Shown here piece after piece: positions 40,660 through 52,200 of a DNA stretch of 64,000 nucleotides. Position 1 is the stretch's first letter; every line of letters starts with the position of its first letter. The notes below the pieces were generated by a model that had not been told where the DNA came from, ran no database searches, and worked only from the letters and a program-made list of their open reading frames with translations. This DNA is from Squalus acanthias (Eukaryota). Made by a program: the position numbers and the translations under genes. The stretch spans positions 4,402,001 through 4,466,000 of the forward strand of contig JASTWF010000035.1 of NCBI GenBank assembly GCA_030390025.1, read 5' to 3'.

Positions 40660-42606
40660 TAAGATAGAGCAAAGGAGGACAAAGGGCTTAATCAAGAGGG
40701 GCAAAATAGCTTATGAAAGCAAGCTGGCGGAAAATATAAAAACTAACTCCAAAAGCTTTTATAAGTATATCAAGAGGAAAAGACTGGTGAAAACCAAAGT
40801 TGGCCCATTGCAGTCAGATACGGGGGAATATATAACGGGAAATAAGGAAATGGCAGACCAACTAAATGCATACTTTGGGTCAGTCTTTACGAAGGAAGAC
40901 ACAAAAAACCTCCCTGGGATATCGGGAAAAATAGGGACATTTGCAAAGGAGGAACTGACGCAAATCAATATCTCTAAGGATATGGTGTTAAGGAAGCTAA
41001 AGGGATTGAAGGCGGACAAATCCCCAGGGCCTGATAACATGCATCCTAGGGTACTGAAGGAGGTGGCCCTAGAGATAGCGGATGCACTAAGTATGATTTT
41101 TCAGAATTCATTAGACTCGGGAACAGTGCCCATGGATTGGAGGGTAGCTAACGTTACCCCACTATTCAAAAAGGGGGGTAGGGAAAAAGCAGGTAATTAC
41201 AGACCTGTAAGCCTTACATCAGTTGTGGGCAAAATGCTGGAGTCCATCATTAAGGATGAAATAGCGGAGCACTTAGCAAATGGGGACAGGATAGGACAGA
41301 GTCAACATGGATTTACAAAGGGTAAATCGTGCTTGACTAATCTATTGGAATTTTTTGAGGGAGTAACTGGTAAAATAGATGGGGGAGAGCCAGTAGATGT
41401 GGTGTACCTGGACTTCCAAAAGGCCTTCGATAAGGTCCCACATAAAAGATTAGCAGGGAAAATTGAAGCTCATGGGATAAAGGGGAAAGTATTGACGTGG
41501 ATAGAGAACTGGCTGTCAGATAGAAAACAGAGAGTTGGAATAAACGGCTCATTTTCTGAATGGCAGGCAGTAACAAGTGGGGTACCACAGGGATCTGTCC
41601 TGGGTCCCCAGCTGTTCACAATTTACATTAATGACCTGGATCAGGGAGTCGGATGCAGCATTTCCAAATTTGCAGACGACACTAAACTAGGAGGGGGGGT
41701 GGGCTCAGAGGAGGAGACCAGGAAGCTCCAGAGCGATTTGGACAGACTGGGTGATTGGGCGGATAAATGGCAGATGCACTATAATGTGGACAAGTGCGAA
41801 GTTATCCACCTTGGGTGCAGGAACGGGAGGGCAAATTATTATTTAAATGGCAATAAATTGGGAGAGGGGGAAGTACAGAGAGACCTGGGTGTTCTTGTAC
41901 ACCAGTCACTGAAGGCGAGCATGCAGGTGCAACAGGCGGTCAAGAAGGCAAACGGTATGCTGGCCTTCATAGCAAAAGGGTTGGAATACTGGAACAGGGA
42001 TACCTTGCTGCAGCTGTACAGGGCACTGGTGAGACCACACCTCGAGTACTGTGTACAGTTTTGGTCGCCTCATCTGAGGAAAGATGTTCTTGCCATGGAG
42101 GGGGTGCAGCGGCGATTCACCAGGCTGATACCAGGAATGGCGGGATTGACCTATGAGGAGAGACTATGTAGTTTAGGGATGTACACACTGGAGTTTAGAA
42201 GATTGAGAGGGGACCTCATAGAAGTGTATAAAATTCTGACAGGTCTAGACAGACTAGATGCAGAAGGAATGTTTCCCTTGGCGGGTGAGAACAGAACTAG
42301 AGGACATAATTTAAGGATAAGGGCTAAACCATTTAGGACAGAAATGAGGGGGAATTTCTTCACTCAGAGGGTGGTGAACCTGTGGAACTCATTGCCACAG
42401 AGGGCAGTGTACGCCAGCTCATTAAATATATTTAAGAGGGAATTAGATATATTTCTACAGGCAAAAGGGGTTAAGGGTTACGGAGAGAAGGCGGGGACGG
42501 GATACTGAATTGGAGGATCAGCCATGATCTCATTAAATGGCGGAGCAGGCTCGAAGGGCCGGATGGCCTACTCCTGCTCCTATCTTCTATGTATCTATGT
42601 ATCTAT
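40660..42606 (+). mobile_element. Young 5'-truncated CR1 with an open 573-aa ORF2 segment, nested in the solo LTR
   Basis: ORF 40787-42508 carries the complete RT motif set; (CTATGTAT)n tail at 42587-42607. Confidence 0.95.
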
Positions 42607-42673
42607 GCACTTCTCGGCCTTGTACCATGTTAGCTAAGTTTACACATTATTGCAGTTACTTTTATCATATAAT

Positions 42674-43418
42674 GGCCCAAAAATTCGTGAGGAAGCCTTC
42701 GTGCGAGGGTAAGGCTTCCCCGCGATCTCTCACTGCGCGTTAGCTTTTTCAGTTCCAGCTCGCACGAACTTGATGCTCTGGACAGCTGCTGTGCTGGGCT
42801 TGCGTATCCCACAGGCGTAGTTAATTCGTGCGAGCTGTGGGATCACGTGACTCAGTTAGAGCCAATGGCAGCACACCATCTTCCATTCATAACTTTCACA
42901 TAAGTGCTGTGAAAGCTATGAATACTATAGCCCCCCAAAAGAACAGCTAAACCTCAATTAAATTTTTAAAAAAAACCATCACATTAATAAAATAAGTATA
43001 GTTAAATAAATTAACCATTTTAAATAAAAAATTAAATTTTTGAAAAAATTTAAAATCTTTTAAAAAGTTATAAAAATAAACTTACCTGTCTTTAAAGTCT
43101 CTAAAAAAGATATACCTGTTAAAAAAAAATTCAAAATAATACTTAATTCACTACTTACCTTGTTAAAAGTGGGTCTTACTCCTCCTTTTTTTATGTGTAA
43201 AATCTTCCATACTTACTTGCGCGTTGAAACCACTAAGTGCACAGCGTGCGCGCAGCCTGTAGCGCGCACGCGGTTCACCTAGGAACCGCCCCCTTTTCCA
43301 TTCACCAAGTGCCGGTTTTCAGCGCATGCGCAGTGCATGCAGAAAACCGGCAATTGGAGACAGAATACGCGAGAGTACGCAGTGCGTACTCTCGCGTATC
43401 AACACAAATTTTTGGGCC
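42674..43418. mobile_element. MITE, PIF/Harbinger-like
   Basis: TIRs GGCCCAAAAATTCGTG and CACAAATTTTTGGGCC; flanks AAT/ATT (imperfect 3-bp TSD); AT-rich centre, non-coding. Confidence 0.75.
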
Positions 43419-44638
43419 ATTATTTAAAAACATTATTACACACAAAAAACATGCAGGTAAGTTCTATCTTGCAACACTATTACGATCCCAGTCTATATTG
43501 GGATAATTGAAGTCCCCCATTATCACTTCTCTATAGTTCTTGCATCTCTCTGTAATTTCCCTGCAAATTTGCTCCTCCATATCTTTCCCACTAGTTGGCG
43601 GCCTATAGAATACACCTAGTAGTGTAATGGCACCTCTATTGTTTCTTAACTCTAGCCATATAAATTCTGTGCTTGACCCCTCCAGGATATCTTCTCTCTC
43701 CAGCACTGTAATATTCTCATTCAATACTGCCACCCCACCTCCTTTCTTTCCATCCCTATCTTTCCTGAACACCTTATATCCAGGAATATTTAATACCCAA
43801 TCCTGCCCTTTTTTGAGCCAGGTCTCCATTGTCGCCACAACATCATATTCCCATGTGGCTATTTGCGCCTGCAGCTCACCAACCTCATTCACCACACTTC
43901 GTGCATTCACACACATGCACCGTAAACCTATCTTAGACCTTCTTGTATTCTCTCTTAGTCTGACCCCACCTAATACCGCACTATTTCTTACTCTAGTGCT
44001 ATCTGTCTCTCCCAATCCTTTGTGCACCTTGTTTCCCCTTCTAATGCTACATCCTGGTGCCCATCCCCCTGCCAAATTAGTTTAAACCCTCCCCAACAGC
44101 ACTAGCAACCCCCTCCCCCGAGGACATTGGTACCGGCTCTGTTGAGGTACAACCCATCCGACCTGTACAGGTCCCACCTCCCCCAGAACTGGCCCCAAAG
44201 ACCCAGGAATCTGAAGCCCTCCCTCCTGCACCATCTCTCCAGCCACATATTCATCTGCTCTATCCCCCTATTTCTGTACTCGCTAGCACGTGGCACCGGG
44301 AGTAATCCGGAGATTACTACCTTTGAGGTCCTGCTTTTTAATCTCTTTCCTAGCTCTCTAAAATCTGCCTGCAGGACCTCATCCCTCTTTCTACCTATGT
44401 CGTTGGTACCGATATGGACCACGACCTCTGGCTGTTCACCCTTCACCCTCAGAGTGTCCTGCAACCGCTCAGTGACACCCTTAATCCTGGCACCAGGGAG
44501 GCAACATACCATCCTGGAGTCACATCTGCGGCTGCAGAAACGCCTGTCTGTTCCCCTAAGTATCGAATCCCCTATCACTATTGCTTTCCCGATCTTCCTC
44601 CTCCCACCCTGTACAGCTGAGCCACCCGTGGTGCCGTG

Positions 44639-46798
44639 ACAAGTCCGATTGCTGTAATTACAGAGGAGTTTCCCTGCTGTCTGCCACAGGGAAAGTATCG
44701 CAAGAATCCTCCTCAATCGCCTTCTCCCAGTGGCTGAAGAGCTCCTCCCAGAGTCGCAATGCGGATTCCGCCCACTAAGGGGCACAATGGACATGATCTT
44801 CACCGCACGTCAACTACAAGAGAAATGCAGGGAACAGCACCAACCGCTGTAAATGGCCTTCTTTGACCTCACAAAGGCCTTCGACACTGTCAACCGTGAG
44901 GGATTATGGAGTGTCCTCCTCAAATTCGGCTACCCTCAAAAGTTTGTCACCATCCTCCGCCTGCTTCACGACGACATGCAAGCCGTGATCCTGACCAATG
45001 GTTCCACCACAGACCCAATTCACGTACAGACCGGGATCAAGCAAGGCTGTGTCATCGCACCAACGCTCTTCTCAATCTTCCTGGCTGCAATGCTCCATCT
45101 CACCCTCAGTAAGCTCCCCGCTGGAGTGGAGCTAATCTACAGAACAAACGGGAAACTGTTCAACCTCCGTCGCCTCCAGTACAGATCCAAGGTCGTCCCA
45201 TCCTCTGTCATCGAATTACAGTATGCAGACGACGTTTGCGTCTGCGCACACTCTGAGGCCGAACTCCAAACCATCATCAACACCTTCACCGAAGCGTACG
45301 AGAGCATGGGCCGCCTTCTTCTTAGGCAGTCCCTCGGAACCGAGGATGACTTGCTTCCACACTAAAATTGAGTTCTCAGGTGACTGATGAGTCCAATGCG
45401 GGATCTACAGTCTCTGTAGCAGTACGGCGTTCCGGTCTGTCGCTGTTGGGGCTGTCCATGAGGGTCCTGATGTTCCAGGTCCCGAACTTCATTTTAAAGG
45501 GTGGAAGATGCCTGTGCGTGAATTCTTTAACGTGGGGTGGCCGTTGCACACCAGCTACCACACGGGCTTGACAGAGCAAGGTCTTGGTCCAATGGCAAGG
45601 GGATCCAAGACGATTGGAGACTAGGCTCTGCTACATCGGCCTAGCACACACACACAAACCTACTCCTACTGTCCTCCTCCCTCCTTCCCACAGGTCCTCT
45701 CTGCCTGGGTTTCATAGGATGCAGTGTGGTCTTCCCGACCCCGCTACTGGTCCACGCTGCGCCGCCCCTGGGCCCCGTCCTCACCCCTGGGTCCCGACCT
45801 CTTTATAGTGTGTCTCCTTCCAGTGAGTGTGTCCCGCGGTGTCTCCTTCCAGTGAGTGTGTCCCGCGGTGCGTCTCCTTCTCGTGAGTGTGGGCCTTACA
45901 CTAAACATCCGTAAGACAAAGGTCCTCTACCAACCTGCCCCCGCCACACAGTACTGCCCCCCGATTATCAAAATCCACGGCGAGGCCTTGGACAACGTGG
46001 ACCACTTTCCATACCTCGGGAGCCTACTGTCAACAAGGACAGACGTCGATGACGAAGTCCAACACCGCCTTCAGTGTGCCAGTGCAGCCTTCGGTCGCCT
46101 GAGGAAGAGAGTGTTTGAAGACCAGGACCTCAAACCCAACACCAAGCTCATGGTCTACAGAGCAGTAGTGATACCCGCCCTGCTGTATGCCTCAGAGACA
46201 TGGACCATGTACAGCAGACACCTCAAAGCACTGGAGAGGTACCACCAACGCTGCCTCCGCAAGATCCTGCAAATCCATTGGCAGGATAGGTGCACCAACG
46301 TCAGTGTTCTCGCTCAGGCCAACATCCCCAGCATCGAAGCTTTGACCACGGTCGATCAGCTCCGATGGACGGGTCACATCGTCCGCATGCCCGATACGAG
46401 GCTCCCAAAACAAGCGCTCTACTCGGAGCTCCGACACGGCAAGAGAGCCCCAGGTGGGCAGAGGAAATGCTTCAAGGACACCCTCAAAGCCTCCTTGAAA
46501 AAGTGTAACATCCCCACCGACACCTGGGAATCCCTGGCCCAAGACCGCACAAAGTGGAGGAGAAGCATCCGGGAAGGCGCCGAACACCTCGAGTCTCTTC
46601 GCCGGGAGCAAGTGGAAGCCCAGCGCAAGGAGCGCACGTCAACCCTAACACCCCACCCACCCGCCCCTTCAATCACCGTCTGCCCCACCTGTGACAGTGA
46701 CTGTAGGTCCCGCATTGCACTCATCAGTCACCTGAGAACTCATTTTTGATGTGGAAGCAAGTCAACCTCGGTTCCGAGGGACTGCCTAATTAGAAGAA
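44639..46798 (+). mobile_element. 5'-truncated RTE-clade (BovB-like) LINE
   Basis: NYRGVSLLS, FFDLTKAFDTV, GIKQGCVIAPTLF, LQYADD, FPYLGS, C-terminal CPTC...LISH zinc finger; (AGA)n tail; 9-bp TSD GGTGCCGTG at 44630-44638 and 46799-46807. Confidence 0.93.
45313..45889 (-). mobile_element. Non-autonomous bipartite RTE derivative (5' UTR and ORF start fused to the 3' end)
   Basis: MKFGTWNIRTLMD...RPERRTA joined directly to the RTE 3' terminus and (AAG)n tail; TSD TGGGCC at 45307-45312 and 45890-45895. Confidence 0.82.
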
Positions 46799-47227
46799 GG
46801 TGCCGTGGTCTTGGCTCTGGCTGCACTCCCCAGCGGAACCATCGCCCTCACCAGTATTCAGTACTGGTTGGAGAGTGAGATGCACTCAGGGGACTCCTGC
46901 ACTACCTGCCTGGTCCTCCTCTTGTGTCTGGTGGTCACCCATTCCCTCTCTGCCTGCACACTCTTATGCTGTGGGGTGACCACCTCCCGAAACGTGCTGT
47001 CCACGAAGCTCTCAGTCTCACGGATGCACCGCAGTGACGCCAACTACTGCTCAAGCTCCGAAACCCGGAGCTCGAGCTCCTGCAGCCGACGACACTTCCT
47101 GCACACGTGGTTGCCCAGGACACGGGAAGCGTCTTGGATTTCCCACATGGCACAGGACTGAGGCGCTCTGCCACGCCTCTATTTATTCGGCTATTAACTA
47201 ACTTAACAGAAATAAGCTTAAGACCAA

Positions 47228-48120
47228 GGGGTAGAAATTAGGTCGCGCCCCATTTGGGGCGCAAATATCGTCCGGACGCAAATATTAGCGCCTGGCGCTA
47301 ATTATCGGCACTGACGGGAAACTTCACTTTTACCGCCCCGGGAGGTGAGTGGAGCGCTAAAGCAGGCGCTGCACACCTCTCTTAAGGCGCAAAGGCCGAG
47401 CAGTGAGGCGCTAACTCGGAGCGCTGGCGAAGCTCATGTAATGTCAGTCAGCAATGGAACACACACACAATGGCACGGGCCAGTTCTTAAAGGGGATGGT
47501 TAATCTTGCTTTCCATCCACATCCTGCTCATTGCTGCCTTGAATCTCGGCCTGGAGAGACTTGCACATCAAATGTGCTGGAAAGAACAATGGAGCGTACC
47601 AGGCAAAGAGCTCAGAGTGCAGCTCCCACGGTCTCTGCTAAATCGATACAAGGAAGGGCAAATCAAAATGAACCTGCAAAGTGCTGCTCAGTACCCAAAA
47701 CTCCTTCACACAACGTTGAATCTCTCCAGAAGTCTCTCCCTCTCTCTCTCAGAATGCGTAGTTCAAAAATGCCACCAACAATAAAAGACAGGAAGAGGCC
47801 CCCTTTAAATAGCGCCCCCCCCAGCCCCACAGCGATTGATAGCGTTCCAGTCTTCTGGTCGTTGGAAGCGCCAGGCGGTAAGGCAGGGGGCGCCACTCAA
47901 TTTCCGCTACGGGGCGCCCCAAGGGCGTTGCACCATGGAATGACGTCACAATCTGCGCGCGCAGGTGGTCGCAGCGGTAAGTTTTAGCGCCGCCGCACAA
48001 TCTCAAGTTAAGTTCTCGAGCGGCGCAAACATCGCTGCGCCCGGGCGTTAGCGGCTTTGCGCCCCATTAGCGCCCTCTTAAGGCGCTAACGGGAGGCGCA
48101 ACCAAGTGAATTTTTACCCC
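47228..48120. mobile_element. PIF/Harbinger-type MITE
   Basis: TIRs GGGGTAGAAATT and AATTTTTACCCC; 3-bp TSD CAA (47225-47227, 48121-48123); subterminal GCGC-rich palindromes. Confidence 0.85.
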
Positions 48121-48138
48121 CAAGAGTCTTAAAAGTTG

Positions 48139-48522
48139 GTTTCACCTTTGACTCCGGCCGCTCCTCCTGGTCTCTCGGTTCACCTTTGACTCCGGCCGCT
48201 TCTCCTGGTCTCTCGGTTCACCTTTGACTCCGGCCGCTTCTCCTGGTCTCTCGGTTCACCTTTGACTCCGGCCGCTCCTCCTGGTCTCTCGGTTCACCTT
48301 TGACTCCGGCCGCTCCTCCTGGTCTCTCGGTTCACCTTTGACTCCGGCCGCTTCTCCTGGTCTCTCGGTTCACCTTTGACTCCGGCCGCTCCTCCTGGTC
48401 TCTCGGTTCACCTTTGACTCCGGCCGCTTCTCCTGGTCTCTCGGTTCACCTTTGACTCCGGCCGCTCCTCCTGGTCTCTCGGTTCACCTTTGACTCCGGC
48501 CGCTCCTCCTGGTCTCTCGGTT
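48139..48522. repeat. 38-bp minisatellite (GGTTCACCTTTGACTCCGGCCGCTCCTCCTGGTCTCTC), ~10 copies
   Basis: Near-perfect tandem units with one C/T variant position. Confidence 0.95.
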
Positions 48523-48779
48523 AGAGTCTTTATTCAAACGATTATTTATAATTATAGTAATTTAGTTTCTCTAGTTGGAGAGAAAAAAATGCTAATACTC
48601 ACCCACCAATCACCTACGTGCAGTCATATGACGTCACTCCTTGTTTTTATGCTGTTGTTTTGGGATTTGCCGGATTTGTGCTGCCGACTCCAGGTCCTCG
48701 GGTCCCGCTCTGTTTATGTTCTACCGCCTCTGATCCCGACTCCTTCCAGGTCCGCATACACGTGGAAACTGACGCTGTG

Positions 48780-49045
48780 TCTACAACGAATGGCCAGAGA
48801 CACGAGATTAAATGTAAGAGATTTAGAACAGAGCCGGAGAACCCGCTTCCCACAGAGTTGTGAGGCTGTGGATTCACTCCCAGGGTTAGTGGCTGAGTCA
48901 GAAACTATCAACATTCCAGATTAGATTGTCCGGGGGGAGGAAGTGATGTGGGAACAGGGCGGGTAAATGTGATTAGGACTATTTCCTCTCGAGGGTAAAC
49001 CCCGGCACGGACTGGATGGGCCGAACGGCCTGTTTCCGTGTCGTT
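48780..49045 (+). mobile_element. Highly degenerate CR1 3' end
   Basis: Decayed C-terminal peptide (HEIKCKRFRTE) and a GATGGGCCGAACGGCCTGTTTCCGTG 3' UTR motif. Confidence 0.55.
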
Positions 49046-49156
49046 ATTTCTCTGTGCGCCTCTTCCCCTTGCCCGTGACGCTGCCCCAGACCCCGGCTCT
49101 CCCTCTTTATCTGTCCGCTGATCAGTAATGCATATGTTCTGGATTGTTCTTTGCAG

Positions 49157-49236
49157 TACAGCGCACAGTTTACAAGGATCTAGTGGTGTTTCTGCAGACA
49201 GATAACTGCTTGACGAATGCTCAACTCCGCAGCAAG
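49157..49236 (+). CDS. PCED1A: PCED1A-like coding exon 2 ([I]QRTVYKDLVVFLQTDNCLTNAQLRSK)
   Basis: Acceptor TTCTTTGCAG, donor AAG|GTAGAG; matches PCED1 IQRAVYKDLVLLLQKD...QLKAK; absent from the ORF track. Confidence 0.92.
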
Positions 49237-49299
49237 GTAGAGAGTTACACTGTATATAGAAGGCAGCGGGGGTTCTGGGGCCTGGTTCAGGCAGTGGGG

Positions 49300-52200
49300 C
49301 TGGGGTCCGGGTAACGGTACAGGCGGTGGGTTGTGGTGGGGTCCGGGGAACGGTACAGGCGGTGGGTTGTGGTGGGGTCCGTGGAACGGTACAGGCGGTG
49401 GGTTGTGGTGGGGTCCGGGGTACGGTACAGGCGGTGGGTTGGGGTCTGGGGTACGGTACAGGCGGTGGGTTGTGGTGGGGTCTGAGGTACGGTACAAGCG
49501 GTGGGTTGTGGTGGAGTCCGGGGTGCGGTACAGGCGGTGGGTTGGGGTGGGGTCCTGGGTGCGGTACAGGCGGTGGGTTGGGGTCTGGGGTACGGTACAG
49601 GCGGTGGGTTGGGGTCTGGGGTACGGTACAGGCGGTGGGTTGTGGTGGGGTCTGAGGTACGGTACAGGCGGTGTGTTGGGGTCTGGGGTACGGTACAAGC
49701 GGTGGGTTGTGGTGGGGTCTGGGGGTACGGTACAGGCGGTGGGGCCCGGGGAACGGTACAGGCGGTGGGGCCCGGGGAACGGTACAGGCGGTGGGTTGTG
49801 GTGGGGTCTGAGGTACAGTAGAAGCGGTGGGTTGTGGTGGGGTCTGGGGGTACAGTACAGGTGTTGGGGTGGGGTCCGGGGTACGGTACAGGCGGTGGGT
49901 TGGGGTCCGGGGTGCGGTGCAGTTGGTGGGTTGTGGTGGGGTCTGAGGTACGGTACAGGCGGTGGGTTGGGGTGGGGTCCTGGGTGCGGTACAGGCGGTG
50001 GGTTGGGGTCTGGGGTACGGTACAGGCGGTGGGTTGTGGTGGGGTCTGAGGTACGGTACAAGCGGTGGGTTGTGGTGGGGTCCGGGGTGCGGTACAGGCG
50101 GTGGGTTGGGGTGGGGTCCTGGGTGCGGTACAGGCGGTGGGTTGGGGTCTGGGGTACGGTACAGGCGGTGGGTTGGGGTCTGGGGTACGGTACAGGCGGT
50201 GGGTTGTGGTGGGGTCTGAGGTACGGTACAGGTGGTGTGTTGGGGTCTGGGGTACGGTACAAGCGGTGGGTTGTGGTGGGGTCTGGGGGTACGGTACAGG
50301 CGGTGGGTTGTGGTGGAGTCTGGGGTGCGGTACAGGCGGTGGGTTGGGGTCTGGGGTACGGTACAAGCGGTGGGTTGGGGTTCGGGGTACGGTACAGGCG
50401 GTGGGTTGGGGTCTGGGGTACGGTACAAGCGGTGGGTTGGGGTGGGGTCTGGGGTGCGGTACAGGCGGTGGGTTGGGGTCTGGGGTACGGTACAGGCGGT
50501 GGGTTGTGGTGGGGTCCGGGGAACGGTACAGGTGGTGGGTTGTGGTGGGGTCCGGGGAGCGGTACAGGCGGTGGGTTGTGGTGGGGTCTGGGGTACGGTA
50601 CAGGCGGTGGGTTGTGGTGGGGTCCGGGGTGCGGTACAGGCGGTGGGTTGGGGTCCGGGGTACGGTACAGGCGGTGGGTTGGGTTGGGGTCCGGGGAACG
50701 GTACAGGCGGTGGGTTGTGGTGGGGTCCGGGGAACGGTACAGGCGGTGGGTTGTGGTGGGGTCCGGGGAACGGTACAGGCGGTGGGGTCTGGGGTGCGGT
50801 ACAGGTGGTGGGTTGTGGTGGGGTCTGGGGTACGGTTCAGGTGGTGGGTTGTGGTGGGGTCCGGGGTACGGTACAGGCGGTGGGTTGGGGTCCGGGGTAC
50901 GGTACAGGCGGTGGGTTGGGTTGGGGTCCGGGGTACGGTACAGGCGGTGGGTTGGGTTGGGGTCCGGGTAACGGTACAGGCGGTGGGTTGCGGTGGGGTC
51001 CGGGGAACGGTACAGGCGGTGGGTTGTGGTGGGGTCCGGGGTACGGTACAGGCGGTGGGGTCTGGGGTGCGGTACAGGTGGTGGGTTGTGGTGGGGTCTG
51101 GGGTACGGTTCAGGTGGTGGGTTGTGGTGGGGTCCGGGGTACGGTACAGGCGGTGGGTTGGGGTCCGGGGAACGGTACAGGCGGTGGGTTGTGGTGGGGT
51201 CCGGGTAACGGTACAGGCGGTGGGTTGTGGTGGGGTTCGGGTGAAAGGTACAGGCGGTGGGTTGTGGTGGGGTCCGGGAAACGGTACAGGCGGTGGGTTG
51301 TGGTGGGGTCCGGGGAACGGTACAGGCGGTGGGTTGGGTTGGGGTCCGGGGTGCGGTACAGGCGGTGGGTTGGGTTGGGGTCCGGGAAACGGTACAGGCG
51401 GTGGGTTGTGGTGGGGTCCGGGGAACGGTACAGGCGGTGGGTTGTGGTGGGGTCCGGGGTACGGTACAGGCGGTGGGTTGGGGTGGGGTCCTGGGTGCGG
51501 TACAGGCGGTGGGTTGGGGTCTGGGGTACGGTACAGGTGGTGGGTTGTGGTGGGGTCTGGGGTGCGGTACAGGCGGTGGGTTGGGGTGGGGACCTGGGTG
51601 CGGTACAGGCGGTGGGTTGGGGTCCAGGGAACGGTACAAGCGGTGGGTTGTGGTGGGGTCCGGGGTGCGGTACAGGCGGTTGGTTGGGGTGGGGTCCGGG
51701 GTACGGTACAGGCGGTGGGGCCCGGGGAACGGTACAGGCGGTGGGTTGGGGTCTGGGGTACGGTACAGGCGGTGGGTTGTGGTGGGGTCTGAGGTACGGT
51801 ACAAGCGGTGGGTTGTGGTGGGGTCCGGGGTGCGGTACAGGCGGTGGGTTGGGGTTCGGGGAATGGTACAAGCGGTGGGTTGTGGTGGGGTCCGGGGTGC
51901 GGTACAGGCGGTGGGTTGGGGTGGGGTCCAGGGTACGGTACAGGCGGTGGGTTGGGGTTCGGGGAACGGTACAGGCGGTGGGTTGTGGTGGGGTCTGAGG
52001 TACGGTACAGGTGGTGGGTTGTGGTGGGGTCTGAGGTACGGTACAGGCGGTGTGTTGGGGTCTGGGGTACGGTACAAGCGGTGGGTTGTGGTGGGGTCTG
52101 GGGGTATGGTACAGGCGGTGGGTTGGGGTCTGGGGTACGGTACAAGCGGTGGGTTGGGGTTCGGGGTACGGTACAGGCGGTGGGTTGGGGTCTGGGGTAC

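Larger units (their letters stand above)
39997..43473 (-). mobile_element. Solo LTR (~0.8 kb after removing nested inserts), probably Gypsy- or ERV-type
   Basis: TG...CA termini with 4-bp TSD ACAC (39993-39996 and 43474-43477); minus strand has TATAAAA near 40285 and ATTAAA near the end; no coding sequence. Confidence 0.7.
30643..48650 (-). mobile_element. Old near-full-length CR1 split into pieces: 30643-30685, 31721-33019, 37140-37598, 39962-39996, 43474-44638, 46799-47227, 48121-~48650
   Basis: Pieces are collinear on the minus strand: putative 5' UTR, ORF1 Cys-rich N-terminus (46860-47170), ORF1 SGNH esterase (IVIGDSILRG, VHIGTND, DGLYLN; 44102-44600), APE (CVNARSV, ETWL, YRPP, IMGDFN; 43480-43930), then linker and RT. 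The breaks are flanked by TSDs. Confidence 0.82.

Noticed and set aside
37697..42508. RT ORFs as host genes or a novel RT system
   Set aside because: Ordinary 5'-truncated CR1 ORF2 with 3' UTRs and microsatellite tails; the many antisense ORFs are shadows.
47454..48006. 177-aa and other ORFs inside the MITE as a transposase
   Set aside because: No recognisable DDE or Myb/SANT motifs; the element is too short to be autonomous.
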